Source: an uncultured Solirubrobacteraceae bacterium (lineage in GTDB: Bacteria; Actinomycetota; Thermoleophilia; Solirubrobacterales; Solirubrobacteraceae). From it: a DNA stretch of 64,000 bases. The position numbers were made by a program, and so were the translations under genes. Shown here piece by piece: positions 1 to 10,070 of this stretch (positions are counted from its first letter, which is position 1; each line of letters begins with the position of its first letter). The stretch spans positions 3,197,327 through 3,261,326 of the forward strand of contig OY970301.1 of the NCBI GenBank assembly GCA_963716315.1. The letters are read 5' to 3'. A model generated the notes under the pieces. It did not search any database. It was not told the origin of the DNA and saw nothing but the letters and a program-made list of their open reading frames with translations.

Positions 1-410
1 CACCAAGCGGCCCGGAGCTGGTCTGCCGCAAGCTCGGGCGACGAAAAATTCATGTCGGGATCAGGAAATCGTGCAACGGTGTCGACTTCAACGTCGGCAA
101 TCAGTCGTTGTACGACGAGCCTGGCAAGGTTCAGGCGCGCCCGGACGTGCGCCTCCAGTCGTGCGGAACGAAGGGACCGGCTGCGATACATCACGGCCGC
201 CGGTCGTGCTTCGGCATCCTCGAAGAAGCCCGGTGAAAAGCCTAGGGCGTTGCCCAACGCGGCGACCTGAGATGGACTCGGCTGCTGTAGGCCCTTCTCG
301 TACTTGGAGATACTGCCTTGCGCGATGCCGGACCGCTCCGAGAGCTTCGCTTGAGGCCAGCCCTCGGCCTCTCGGGCGAGCTTGAGCAGGCTTCCATAGA
401 ACTCGGGCAT
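1..410 (-). CDS. XRE-family HTH regulator, probably HTH + ImmA/IrrE (peptidase M78) fusion; runs off the window edge
   Basis: Not in the ORF track; manual translation from ATG at 410: MPEFYGSLLKLAREAEGWPQAKLSERSGIAQGSISKYEKGLQQPSPSQVAALGNALGFSPGFF...MYRS...AADQLRAAW. This is the typical N-terminal half of HTH-ImmA proteins; the peptidase part is outside the window. Confidence 0.75.
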   Translation of the reverse strand, partial: MPEFYGSLLKLAREAEGWPQAKLSERSGIAQGSISKYEKGLQQPSPSQVAALGNALGFSPGFFEDAEARPAAVMYRSRSLRSARLEAHVRARLNLARLVVQRLIADVEVDTVARFPDPDMNFSSPELAADQLRAAW

Positions 411-420
411 GGCCAGCAGA

Positions 421-1020
421 CTAGCTCTGGGCGCTAGTTTGGCTTACGCCCTCTTCGGACGCCTGCTTTGATCGCACCACAACTCGTGGCCGGGGCGTCG
501 GAACGACCAGCGGTGGGGCTGCAGCGGCCATAAGCTCGGCGAGCGTGATAGTCCAGGCCGGCTGATCGAGGGTAGCGAAGCAAACGTTGCGGATCGTGTG
601 CTCCGGAGCGGTATCCCACGTCAGGAAGACCACGACTGGGTCCTCCTGTGGAGCTAGCGAGAAAAGCGTGGCTGTACCGGGATCAACGACATCCTCCAGA
701 TCATGCTTGACCCTCAGTACGTACCGATCATCCAGCAGCCACAGATAGATGTTCTGGGCTTCCTGAGTGTCGCTGCATATCCGAGGCGCCAAGCCACTCT
801 CCAGGGCGCCACCCCACTCGCGCACGGTGTAGGCATGTCGACTCATGCCAAGAAGGGCACTGCGCTGGGACGGATGGAAGTCCGTCCTAAGAAGAGATGT
901 CCGCCGATGCTCGTCGTCGAGTGCGTCTTGAACGCGCGCGAGCGCATCCTGCGTCTTTATGGCGATGGGGAGCAGGGCGTCAAAGGCCTGCTCGCGCTCG
1001 TCGGAGTTGAGAGAGATCAT
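421..1020 (-). CDS. Hypothetical protein, co-oriented directly upstream of the XRE gene
   Basis: 199-aa ORF with natural composition, stop 10 nt before the XRE start. Confidence 0.7.
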   Translation of the reverse strand: MISLNSDEREQAFDALLPIAIKTQDALARVQDALDDEHRRTSLLRTDFHPSQRSALLGMSRHAYTVREWGGALESGLAPRICSDTQEAQNIYLWLLDDRYVLRVKHDLEDVVDPGTATLFSLAPQEDPVVVFLTWDTAPEHTIRNVCFATLDQPAWTITLAELMAAAAPPLVVPTPRPRVVVRSKQASEEGVSQTSAQS

Positions 1021-1246
1021 GAACGAGCACCTTAGGGTCTCCTCCGGCGGAAACTATTCCAGCAAAATATTCCAGCCACCAGAGGGAAGAGCCGCAGATC
1101 GACGGGCTCGAGCGGCGACTCAACTTTGTCCGAGCATGGCGGGTGCAACGTACCGATCTCCGAGTATGAGCTCATTTGCTAGTTCAAAGTCGGTCCGTCG
1201 TTGGCTTCTGTGATCGTGTCGGTGAGAGCTAGCGAGGAGAGCCAGG

Positions 1247-3199
1247 TTGGGCGTTGAGCTGATCCGTTGTGTTGCTTACGCGGCCAAGAGCACTCAAGAC
1301 CTTCGCGGCTCGATCCCAGCTCAACTGCTCGACTGCCAAGATGCGCTCGATAGGGCGGGCGACCGCTTGCTCGTCGCCGAGTATTCAGACGAGGCCGCCT
1401 CTGCATTTCATGGAGATCGGGGGCCGGGCCTAGCAGATGCCATGCACCAAGCCGAGCTGCTTGCGCGGCAGTACGGAACCGTCGAGCTGTGGGCACAGCA
1501 TTCCGATCGCCTAGCCCGCGGGGATGGCCGCACCGCCCGCCACGCGGTCGAGATCGCGCTGTGGGCGCTCAAGCGTGGCATCCGCGTTAGAACGATCCAA
1601 GACCCCGACACATTCAGGGATCTTCTGTACGCCGTCGTGACGGGGCAGCGCAACCACGAGGACTCCCGCCGCAAAGGCCTGGCGAGCGCCGCCGGGCGCC
1701 GCCGCGCCACCGAGCGCGGTGAATACACCGGGTACAAGGCCGACGGATATCGACTGGCCGTCGAAGTCGACGAGGATGGCAAGGTCGTCAAGCGGCTGGA
1801 GATTGACCCCAAGCGCCAGCCGGTGATCGAAATGCTGTTTCGTCTCGCGCTGCGCGGCAGGACAAGCGGACAGATCGCTCGCTCGCTCAACAATGCCGGC
1901 TGGCGCACGAATCCCCGCAAAAAGGACAGCCAGCCGCAGTCTTGGCGGTCCTGTGGCGTACTCGTCGTCCTGCACAATCCGCGCTACGCGGGACTGGCTG
2001 CCACGAAGGGCGAGATCGTCGGGACCGGCCACTGGCCGGCCTACATCACGCCCCGCCAGCACGAACGCCTCCAGAGAATGATCGCCGAGCGCTGGCGCAG
2101 GCGCCGGAAGTATCGGGAAACCGAAACCTTCCTGCTCTCGCGCATCGCCAAGTGCGGCCGCTGCGGGCAGTCGCTGTTGTGCCACACGGGCTGCCTTCGC
2201 GAAGACGGCACGTTCAGCCGCCGCTACATCTGCACCAGCCACTGGCACGATCGAAGCAAGGGGCGCTGCGATGCCGTGCCGCTCGACGCGGACATCATCG
2301 AGACGATGTTCGCGTGGTCTCTCCCTCATCTACTCCACGAGACGACGGGCGCCGTCGAGCTCGACCTCGGCGAGCCCTTCGACGGTCACTGGAGCGAAGC
2401 GCCCGAGCGCGAGCAGATCCGCGAAGCCGTGATCCGGGCAGACGACGCCCAGCTCGATCGCTCGATCGAACGCATGGTGGCTCGGTTGGCCCCGGAGCTG
2501 GCACTGCAACGCCGGGCCGCCGCAGCGAGGGCAAAGGCTCGGCAGCTCGAGCTCGAGCAGCGGTTTGCGGTGTGGGTGGAGACGCGCGGGCGGCCCTTCT
2601 CCGTTCAAACGCGCGCCGAGACGGCCGAGCTTAATCTAATGCTGCGCGAGTGGTTCGGTCTCGTCCGCATCCACGACACGCTCCCGGAGACGGTGATCAC
2701 GGCATGGCGGCGCTCGCCGCTCTCGGCGAGCAAGGCTCCGGCTCCGAACACGGTCCGCCTGCCGCGTCGAGAGTGGGCACGCGCATCCTGCGCCGTCGGC
2801 CGGCGCTACCGCCGCCCTGCGGCATGGTCCGATCAGGAGATCATCGCCGCACTGCAGGAGTGGGCCGCCGAGCACGGGCGTGCTCCAAACTCGTCCGAGT
2901 GGCTTGCCGGCAGCCCAGGTAGACCGGGCTCCCTCTGTGTACGCCGGCGGTTTGGCAGCTGGGAGAAGGCGCTGAAACGCGCTGGCCTCAAGCCCAACGC
3001 CAGGCGCCAGCATCGCTACTGGACCGAGCAAGAAATCCTCGATGCACTGAAAGCTTGGACGCTGCAGAAGGGCCGGCCACCGAGGTGTAAGGACTGGGTC
3101 CAGGCCAGAGATCATCATCCCTGCTCTCGAAGCGTCTATGTGCGGTTCGGCTCGTTCGGTGCCGCGGTGGCTGCCGCTGAGCGCTCGACCTCTGCGTGA
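1247..3199 (+). CDS. Large serine recombinase (resolvase + recombinase + Zn ribbon) with two C-terminal HNH-associated helical repeats
   Basis: YAAKST and DRLARG catalytic-domain motifs, GYKADGY/NPRYAG recombinase domain, CGRCG..YIC..C zinc ribbon; tail has two W(S/T)xxEIxxALxxW...GRxP..W......P(G/C)S...V..RFGS repeats. Confidence 0.9.
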   Translation: MGVELIRCVAYAAKSTQDLRGSIPAQLLDCQDALDRAGDRLLVAEYSDEAASAFHGDRGPGLADAMHQAELLARQYGTVELWAQHSDRLARGDGRTARHAVEIALWALKRGIRVRTIQDPDTFRDLLYAVVTGQRNHEDSRRKGLASAAGRRRATERGEYTGYKADGYRLAVEVDEDGKVVKRLEIDPKRQPVIEMLFRLALRGRTSGQIARSLNNAGWRTNPRKKDSQPQSWRSCGVLVVLHNPRYAGLAATKGEIVGTGHWPAYITPRQHERLQRMIAERWRRRRKYRETETFLLSRIAKCGRCGQSLLCHTGCLREDGTFSRRYICTSHWHDRSKGRCDAVPLDADIIETMFAWSLPHLLHETTGAVELDLGEPFDGHWSEAPEREQIREAVIRADDAQLDRSIERMVARLAPELALQRRAAAARAKARQLELEQRFAVWVETRGRPFSVQTRAETAELNLMLREWFGLVRIHDTLPETVITAWRRSPLSASKAPAPNTVRLPRREWARASCAVGRRYRRPAAWSDQEIIAALQEWAAEHGRAPNSSEWLAGSPGRPGSLCVRRRFGSWEKALKRAGLKPNARRQHRYWTEQEILDALKAWTLQKGRPPRCKDWVQARDHHPCSRSVYVRFGSFGAAVAAAERSTSA

Positions 3200-3674
3200 T
3201 GGGATGTAGAACTTAGGTGGGTATGGCGCGACCCAACCCGCCGACTTATAAAAAGGCGCGGCCCCGACGGATGTGGCTCCGAGCTTCAAGGCTCCTAGGG
3301 CGACGTTTGCTTGGCATCGATTGCGCCCCTCGCGGGCAGTGGAGAAGATTGAGGACTATCGCACGCGCGTCCGAGCTCCTCGCAGAGGCTGCGTACTGCT
3401 CGACGATGACCGAGCCGATTCGCTGACGTGGTGGGCGCCATTAAGCGCCTGTAGGATCGCGCCGAGCTGCTCAGCTTGGCTATCTGCTGCCTGCCTGGGC
3501 GAAGTGGTCCGGGCAACCGATAAGCCCGCACCGAAAAGAGACAAACAGTGCTTTCGGGGCGTACCGGGTGTGGGTAGAGTTCGACTATCGTGAATCGACG
3601 ATACCTCCGCTTGGGCCTCGATTATGAGACAGACGGGGAACAATGTCAGCTAAGCGCCCTCCTAAGGTCTGCTC

Positions 3675-4292
3675 TTGCAAAAGTCCGCTTCCCGCAATCA
3701 GCTCGGCAACCTCGGAGAGGGTGGGGGCGGGCGCGCCTCGGTTGATGCCAGTGCGGTAGCCGCGCGGCGAGAGCGCCGCCGGCTCGCGCTTGGCTGGGAG
3801 CCGCCGACGAACCTAGACCGTGCCTCGTGGCTGGCTGCCGGGGTGAGTCTCGCCGAATTCGGTCGTGTCAACAATTGGTGGGTTGGCGACTGGATCCGCT
3901 ACGGCAACGCCAGATGGGGCGAGAAGTATGTCGAGGTCGCGCGGATCACGGGTCTCGACGGAAAGACGCTGAGGAACATTGCCTATGTCGCCTCGCGCTT
4001 CGATTTGTCCCGTCGCCGGGACAATCTGACCTGGACTCACCATGCAGAGGTTGCCGCGATTCCGCCTGAGCGGCAGGAAGAGTGGCTTGATCGCGCGCTC
4101 ACCTTGGGACTCTCCGTGGGCGATCTGCGCGTCGAGCTGCGATCGGCGCAGCGGGCACTGCGCGCCACAGGGGATGCTCCGGACGGCGAGGATGCGACGG
4201 TCGGCACAGAAACCGTCACGTGCCCGAAGTGCGGCGGCTCGATCCCACTCGCCACGATCCAGACGCAGCACGCGCCGGGCGGCGCGGATTGA
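3675..4292 (+). CDS. LmbU-family transcriptional regulator
   Basis: WWVGDWIRYG..WGEKY..ITGLD.KTLRN.AYVA.RF..SRRRD.LTWTHHAEVA signature; C-terminal CPKCG. Confidence 0.85.
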   Translation: MQKSASRNQLGNLGEGGGGRASVDASAVAARRERRRLALGWEPPTNLDRASWLAAGVSLAEFGRVNNWWVGDWIRYGNARWGEKYVEVARITGLDGKTLRNIAYVASRFDLSRRRDNLTWTHHAEVAAIPPERQEEWLDRALTLGLSVGDLRVELRSAQRALRATGDAPDGEDATVGTETVTCPKCGGSIPLATIQTQHAPGGAD

Positions 4293-4309
4293 GCGATTGC
4301 GGATGTGAA

Positions 4310-6913
4310 GTGAGCGAGGTCACGGTCAACCCGCGGATCGTCTCGATCGCGCTCGCGTTCGCGTGCGCGCTGGCCCTTGCCTCGATGGCGACGCCCGTTG
4401 GCGCGGCGCTGCCCGATGCGCGTGGGTACGAGCTCGTCTCGCGCGTCGACGAAGCAGGCGGCGAAAGCCTGCTCAGCGGCGCGGCTCCGTCGTTCCTCGC
4501 AAGCGACGCCGCCGGTGACACCGTCGACTGGGAGGCACTCGGCGCCTGCTGCGGGGCGACGACGGGCGGCGTGAATGCCTACCAGGCCCGCCGTGCCCCG
4601 ACTGGGTGGCACAGCGAATCGATCACGCCGACGCCGAGCACCCCAATCAGCGGCTTCGAAGAGCTGCAGGAAGCCGAGGCGTGGAGCTCAGACCTGCAGC
4701 AGACGCTGTTCTCCACGCCGGCGTCCTATGCGCCTGGGAACGAACGCCCGGAAGCCTCGGGAGCCGATGACCTGTACCTGCGCCTAGCGAGCGGAGTGCT
4801 CGAATGGATCTCGCAGGGACCGGCCGGGACCGGCAAGAGCTCCAACGGCGCGAGCTTCGACGGCGCCACACCAGGACTCGGCGAGGTCGCCTTCAATAGC
4901 GCCGAACAGCTGACCGCAAACGCGACGGGTCTCGCGCCGATCGGCGGTGCGCGCTACCTCTACCTGCGCGACCGCGCCACCGAATCGACGAGCCTGATCG
5001 ACGTCGACGATGAAAGCCACCTGATCTCACCGTACGGCGCTGCACTGGGCGACAAGGTCCCTCCGGCGAACCCGCTGTTCTCGTTCGGGCTAAAGCGCGG
5101 GACCTCGACGCACGCGATCTCCGAAGACGGCTCGAAGGTGTTCTTTGAGACGCGTCCCGAACGGCTCGGAGAACTGCCGTTCGGCGTCGAGCCGCATCTA
5201 TATATGCGCGACCTCGCGAATTCGAAGACCACCCCGCTCGACAATCCGGAAGCGAGCGGTTCGGCGCGCTACGAAGGCGCATCGGCGAACGGATCGCTGG
5301 TGTTCTTCACGAGCGATGAGGGGCTCGGCGGTGCCTCGACCGCGACGGAACTCTATGAGTTCGACACAACCCCCGATCAGATCGGCGTGGCGCCGCCGAT
5401 GACGGCCGTCCCGCTAGGCGGCGGTAGTGGTGTCGTCGGTGTCGTCGCGATCGCGAACGACGGCTCGCGCGTGTACTTCGTGGCCGATGACGTTCTTGCG
5501 ACCAACGTCGCTGATGGCCGCTCGGCGATCGCCGGCGAACCGAACCTCTACTCGTACGACACCGGTACCGGCGACACGACGTTCGTGGCTACGGTCGCGC
5601 TGCCCGATGTGAGCAAGTGCGACCCGACGTGCGCCGAAGGCGAACCGGCCCAGCTGGTGGGATTCCCCGACGTATTCCGGCCGGCCTACACGACGGACAC
5701 CGGCTCAGTGCTCGTGTTCGCCTCCGGCGGTGACCTCACCGGCGAAGAGCACTCGCCGACGACGCACCTCGAATTCGAAGCCTTCCCCGAACAGCATTTC
5801 CTCACCGTTGAAAGCACCGCCGGCTTCCAGGTTGGGCGCGAGATCGCGATCGACGCGGGCGGCCAAGAGGAGCTCGAGACGATCGAAAAGATCGACAGCC
5901 CGACCGAAATGACGGTCAGCGAATACGGGCCGGCGCTCCGGTACGGTCTCGTCGACGCTCACCCGATCGGCACGACCGTGCACCAGATCGATCCGCAGAT
6001 CTATCGCTACGCGGCCGCGAGCGGCTCGGTCCTGTGCCTGTCGTGCACGCCGCTCGGCGTGCTGGCCACGCAGGGAGCGACGCTCGGCAATGCCGGTGGC
6101 GGCAGCTACGCGCCGGAAGGCTTCGCCCCAGGGATGAGCGCGGACGGCGCGAAAGTCTTCTTCCAATCCCCGGACCCGCTCGTCCCGGTCGCCGGCGAAC
6201 CAGTCTCGGCCCGCGCGACCGAGCCGACGAACGTCTACGAGTGGGACGAAGGTACGGTGCACTTGATCGCGGGCGCGTCCGACGGCGGCGCGACCTTCCT
6301 CGGCACGACGCCGAGCGGCGGGGACGCGTTCTTTAGCACCGAGACGGCGCTCGTGCCGGAAGCGAGCACTGGCTACGGGCACCTCTACGACGCGCGCGTC
6401 GGCGGCGGCTTTGCAACGCCTGTCTCGCCGCCGCCAGCCTGCTCCGCCGAAGCATGCCGCGGTCCCGGCAGCCCCTCACTGTTCCTCCCGACACCGGCGT
6501 CACAGACGCTCGACGCCCCCGGTTCGCCTCTCCCGGCCGCCAGGGGCCAACGTGCGATGTTCCTTGTCGCGAAGGTCACGGCGGCTAAGCGTGCACAGTT
6601 CGCACGTCGCGGGAAGCTGACACTAAGCGTCACCGCGACGGCGCCGAGCGCACTGATCGCGACGGCGACCGCGAAGCTGCGCGGCAGGACGGTGACCGTC
6701 GCGAGCGCGCATGCGACGCTGGCACACGCGGGGCGAACGACGCTCGCACTTGCGCTGAGTCGCACGGCGCGTGCCACGTTGGCCATGCGCGGCAGCCTTA
6801 TGCTGCGAGTGGAGGTGACCTACCGGCTGACCGGCGCGAGCTTCGCGACGCAACTGCGACTGAAGGCCTCGGGCTCGAAGGCGGCCACCGGACAGGGGCG
6901 GCGCCATGCGTGA
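4310..6913 (+). CDS. Large secreted/surface protein, probably TolB-like beta-propeller
   Basis: Signal peptide then LPDARGYELVS, repeated (S/A)xDGSxVFF blades, basic C-terminal tail; GTG at 4310 preferred over 4220. Confidence 0.8.
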   Translation: MSEVTVNPRIVSIALAFACALALASMATPVGAALPDARGYELVSRVDEAGGESLLSGAAPSFLASDAAGDTVDWEALGACCGATTGGVNAYQARRAPTGWHSESITPTPSTPISGFEELQEAEAWSSDLQQTLFSTPASYAPGNERPEASGADDLYLRLASGVLEWISQGPAGTGKSSNGASFDGATPGLGEVAFNSAEQLTANATGLAPIGGARYLYLRDRATESTSLIDVDDESHLISPYGAALGDKVPPANPLFSFGLKRGTSTHAISEDGSKVFFETRPERLGELPFGVEPHLYMRDLANSKTTPLDNPEASGSARYEGASANGSLVFFTSDEGLGGASTATELYEFDTTPDQIGVAPPMTAVPLGGGSGVVGVVAIANDGSRVYFVADDVLATNVADGRSAIAGEPNLYSYDTGTGDTTFVATVALPDVSKCDPTCAEGEPAQLVGFPDVFRPAYTTDTGSVLVFASGGDLTGEEHSPTTHLEFEAFPEQHFLTVESTAGFQVGREIAIDAGGQEELETIEKIDSPTEMTVSEYGPALRYGLVDAHPIGTTVHQIDPQIYRYAAASGSVLCLSCTPLGVLATQGATLGNAGGGSYAPEGFAPGMSADGAKVFFQSPDPLVPVAGEPVSARATEPTNVYEWDEGTVHLIAGASDGGATFLGTTPSGGDAFFSTETALVPEASTGYGHLYDARVGGGFATPVSPPPACSAEACRGPGSPSLFLPTPASQTLDAPGSPLPAARGQRAMFLVAKVTAAKRAQFARRGKLTLSVTATAPSALIATATAKLRGRTVTVASAHATLAHAGRTTLALALSRTARATLAMRGSLMLRVEVTYRLTGASFATQLRLKASGSKAATGQGRRHA

Positions 6914-9900
6914 GCTCACCCTGCATCGGATCGTGCTCACTCCGCGCGCGCTACTGATCGTCCTCCTCGCATCCGTCGCCTGGATGCTCGTTGCACTCCC
7001 CGGCAACGCCTTGGCGCAGTTCGGCACCTCTTCGTTCAGCGCCGCGCTGTCGAGCACGCAGGCCGGGGCACACGGCGACTTCTCGACCACGATCTCACTG
7101 AACACCGACTCGCTGGGAAACCCCGAGGGCCAGCTAAAGGACGTGACGGTCACGTTGCCTGAAGGGCTGATCGGCAACCCGCTGGCGATCGAACACTGCT
7201 CACTGCAGGCGCTTGATCGCTTCGCGTGCCCGAGGACCTCGCAGGTCGGCGAGCTCGGCCTCTCGATCATCGCTTGCAAAGGCGTCGTCTCGCAGCTGAG
7301 CGAAGCGGTCGAAGCCGGTGCGACGACAATCAACGTCCCAAATGCGAAACCGTTCTGCTTCGACGGCACGTTCGAACACAACAACGTCATCACGATCGGC
7401 GAAGGCACCGAAGCCGAGACGGTGAAGATCGCCTACGTCCCCGACGCGAGCACGATCGAACTGCAGGCGCCGCTCGAACGGGCGCATCCCGCCGGCGCGG
7501 CGGTGAGCCACACGGCGACGCCGAACACGGGAGGGATCCCGCTGTTCAATGTGCAGCCGAGCCCCGGACACGTCGCAACGTTCGCCGCGTCGGTGCTGCT
7601 CGCCAACGTGTTCGTCGAGATCGGGGTCAAGCCCGACGGCAAGCTCGTCGCGACGATCAAAGGGATCTCGACGCTGCTGGCGCTGCAGTCGACGACGCTG
7701 ACGCTGTGGGGAGTTCCGGCGGCCTCGAGCCACGACGCGCAACGCTGCAACGAGCTCGGCTTCGAATGCGGGCCGCTGATCGGCGCGGAACCGGTGCCGT
7801 TCCTGATGAACCCGTCGGCGTGCGCCGGCCCGCTGCCGACACAGCTGAGCGTCGACTCGTGGCAGGGCCAGACGGACTCGAGCGCCGCCAGCCTGCCGCC
7901 GATGAGCGGCTGCAGCGAGCTCACCACCGCTCCGACGATCGGCGTCACGCCGAGCACGACGCGCCGCGACTCGCCAGCCGGCTACGAAGTCGAACTGACC
8001 GTTCCTCAGGTCGCGCGCGTCGCCGCGCTCGGGACGCCTCCGATCGAAGGCATCTCCCTGACGCTGCCGTCCGGCACGTCGCTGTCGCCGGGGCTCGCGA
8101 ACGGGCTGAGCGCCTGCTCGGACGCCGAGCTCGAAGGCGGAGGATGCCCGGACGCGTCGAAGGTCGGCGGGGCCGAAATCGTCTCGCCGCTTCTCGAAGA
8201 ACCGCTGCGTGGATCGGTCTACATCGGCACGCCGACGGCGAGCGCGAGGTATCGCCTGTTCGTGCGCGTCAGCGCCGGCGCGACCGTGATCGAGCTGCGC
8301 GGCGATGCCAAGGTCGACGAAGCGACCGGAATGCTCACGGCGACGTTCGAACGGACCCCCGCGCTTCCGTTCTCGAAGCTGAAGCTGAGCTTCTTCGGCG
8401 GCCCCGGCGCGGCGCTCGCGAATCCGCCCAGCTGCGGCCCGGCGACCACGACAGCCGCAGTCCACTCCTACTCCGGACAGGTCGCCGATCTCTCCTCGTC
8501 GTTCTCGATCGACGAAGACAGCGGTGGCGGTGCGTGCCCGTCCTTCTCACCGTTCGTACCGGCGATCAGCGCCGGTACGACCAATGCAGTGGCCGCGCAA
8601 TCGACTCCGTTCGTGCTCACGATCTCGCGCAATGACGGTGAACAGGACCTCTCGAGCTTCAGCGCGCACCTACCACCCGGCCTGATCGGTATGGTCGGCA
8701 GCGTCCCGCGCTGCGAAGAACCGCAGGCCGCGACCGGGGCGTGCCCGCAGTCCTCGCAGATCGGTGCCGCGACGGTCGCGGCCGGGGCCGGACCGCTGCC
8801 CTACGACGTCTCTGGCCCGGTCTATCTCACCGGGCCGTACGGGGGTGCTCCCTTTGGGCTGGACATCGTGATCCGGGCGCTCGCCGGACCATTCGACCTC
8901 GGTACAGCGCTCGTGCGCTCGCGGGTTTCGGTCGATCCCTCAAGCCTCGCGCTCACGATCGCCTCCGATCCGTTTCCGCAGACGCTAGGCGGGATCCCGC
9001 TGCGCCTGCGTCGCATCGGCGTGAACCTCGATCGCGCTGGCTTCCTACTGAATCCGAGCGGCTGTGCGCCGCAGACGATCGGCGCGACGATCGTCTCGGC
9101 GCAGGGTGCCACTGTCGAACGGGTAGTGCCCTTCCAGGTCGCTGGCTGCATGAGCCTGCCGTTCACGCCCCGTCTGACGGCCTCGACGCAGTCTGGCACG
9201 AGTGAACATGGCAACGGTGTGGGGCTCGATATCGAAGTCGTCAACCCCTCCCGTAGCGGCTCGGCACTGAGCGCAGTCACGGTGCAGATGCCGAGCCAGC
9301 TGCGACCTCGGCTGACAACGATCCGGCACGCCTGCTTGACCGGCTCACATCCGGCCTCGACCGCTGCCTGCCCGGGCGAGTCGATCGTTGGGCAGGCGAC
9401 GGTGCGAAGCCCTGTCACAGCCGCCCCGCTGTCCGGGCCGATCTACCTGCTCTCCCATGGTGGCAGGGCGCTTCCCGCGCTGTTCACACGGCTTCGCGGC
9501 GAAGGGCTCGAAGTGGACCTCGAAGGCCAACTGAAGATCTCGTCGAAGAACGTGATCACCGCGTCGTTCACCGAATTGCCGGACGTTCCGCTCTCCTCGT
9601 TCGACCTCGCGCTGCCGCGCGGGCCACATTCGATGCTGGGTGCGACCACGAACCTCTGCGGCAAGCGGCTAGCGTTGTCCTATCGATTTGCTGGTCATAG
9701 CGGCGCGATGCAGGGCGGTGCAGCCCGCCTCGCAGTCGCTGGCTGTCCGCATCCGGGCAAGCGCGTTCGCCCTAAGCGTCGGCGACATCTGCCGCGCTCG
9801 GCTGGGCAGGCGAGAGGCAAAAAGGAGTCGCTGATGACGCGCGCGATCACCGCTGTTGTATGCCTAGCCCCTGAGGGCAATCAGGTCGGCATAGCGCGAG

Positions 9901-10070
9901 ATCTGACGGAGGGCGATGCCCAGACACTCATCGATCAGAGAGGAGCCCAAGTGAGGGGTTGGACAGATGTAGCGGTCAGTGGCTGTCGCGAGCCTGTGAT
10001 CAGGCGTGCCGAGATACTCGATCGTTCCCAGCACCACGCCGGCAACGACGCATGGAGCGCTTATGCGTGA
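6906..10070 (+). CDS. Large secreted Cys-paired beta-rich surface protein; last ~78 aa appear to be a fused gene relic
   Basis: Signal peptide, repeated LPxGL..CPxxS.(V/I)G and NPxxC motifs, basic tail KRVRPKRRRH; start overlaps previous stop. Confidence 0.8.
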   Translation: MRELTLHRIVLTPRALLIVLLASVAWMLVALPGNALAQFGTSSFSAALSSTQAGAHGDFSTTISLNTDSLGNPEGQLKDVTVTLPEGLIGNPLAIEHCSLQALDRFACPRTSQVGELGLSIIACKGVVSQLSEAVEAGATTINVPNAKPFCFDGTFEHNNVITIGEGTEAETVKIAYVPDASTIELQAPLERAHPAGAAVSHTATPNTGGIPLFNVQPSPGHVATFAASVLLANVFVEIGVKPDGKLVATIKGISTLLALQSTTLTLWGVPAASSHDAQRCNELGFECGPLIGAEPVPFLMNPSACAGPLPTQLSVDSWQGQTDSSAASLPPMSGCSELTTAPTIGVTPSTTRRDSPAGYEVELTVPQVARVAALGTPPIEGISLTLPSGTSLSPGLANGLSACSDAELEGGGCPDASKVGGAEIVSPLLEEPLRGSVYIGTPTASARYRLFVRVSAGATVIELRGDAKVDEATGMLTATFERTPALPFSKLKLSFFGGPGAALANPPSCGPATTTAAVHSYSGQVADLSSSFSIDEDSGGGACPSFSPFVPAISAGTTNAVAAQSTPFVLTISRNDGEQDLSSFSAHLPPGLIGMVGSVPRCEEPQAATGACPQSSQIGAATVAAGAGPLPYDVSGPVYLTGPYGGAPFGLDIVIRALAGPFDLGTALVRSRVSVDPSSLALTIASDPFPQTLGGIPLRLRRIGVNLDRAGFLLNPSGCAPQTIGATIVSAQGATVERVVPFQVAGCMSLPFTPRLTASTQSGTSEHGNGVGLDIEVVNPSRSGSALSAVTVQMPSQLRPRLTTIRHACLTGSHPASTAACPGESIVGQATVRSPVTAAPLSGPIYLLSHGGRALPALFTRLRGEGLEVDLEGQLKISSKNVITASFTELPDVPLSSFDLALPRGPHSMLGATTNLCGKRLALSYRFAGHSGAMQGGAARLAVAGCPHPGKRVRPKRRRHLPRSAGQARGKKESLMTRAITAVVCLAPEGNQVGIARDLTEGDAQTLIDQRGAQVRGWTDVAVSGCREPVIRRAEILDRSQHHAGNDAWSAYA
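9834..10070 (+). pseudogene. Collapsed beta-ketoacyl synthase (FabF/KS-like) relic, in frame with the upstream gene
   Basis: SD AAAAGGAG then MTRAITAVVCLAPEGNQV (cf. VITGxGxVxPxGN.V) and GDAQTLI..TDVAVSGCRE (cf. GDAxxLI..G.ADVxxAGGxE). Confidence 0.4.

Noticed and set aside
3212-3240. Similarity of CTTAGGT..TGGCGC.ACCC to the reverse complement of about 32365-32385 as serine-recombinase att sites
   Set aside because: Short and gapped match, compatible with chance
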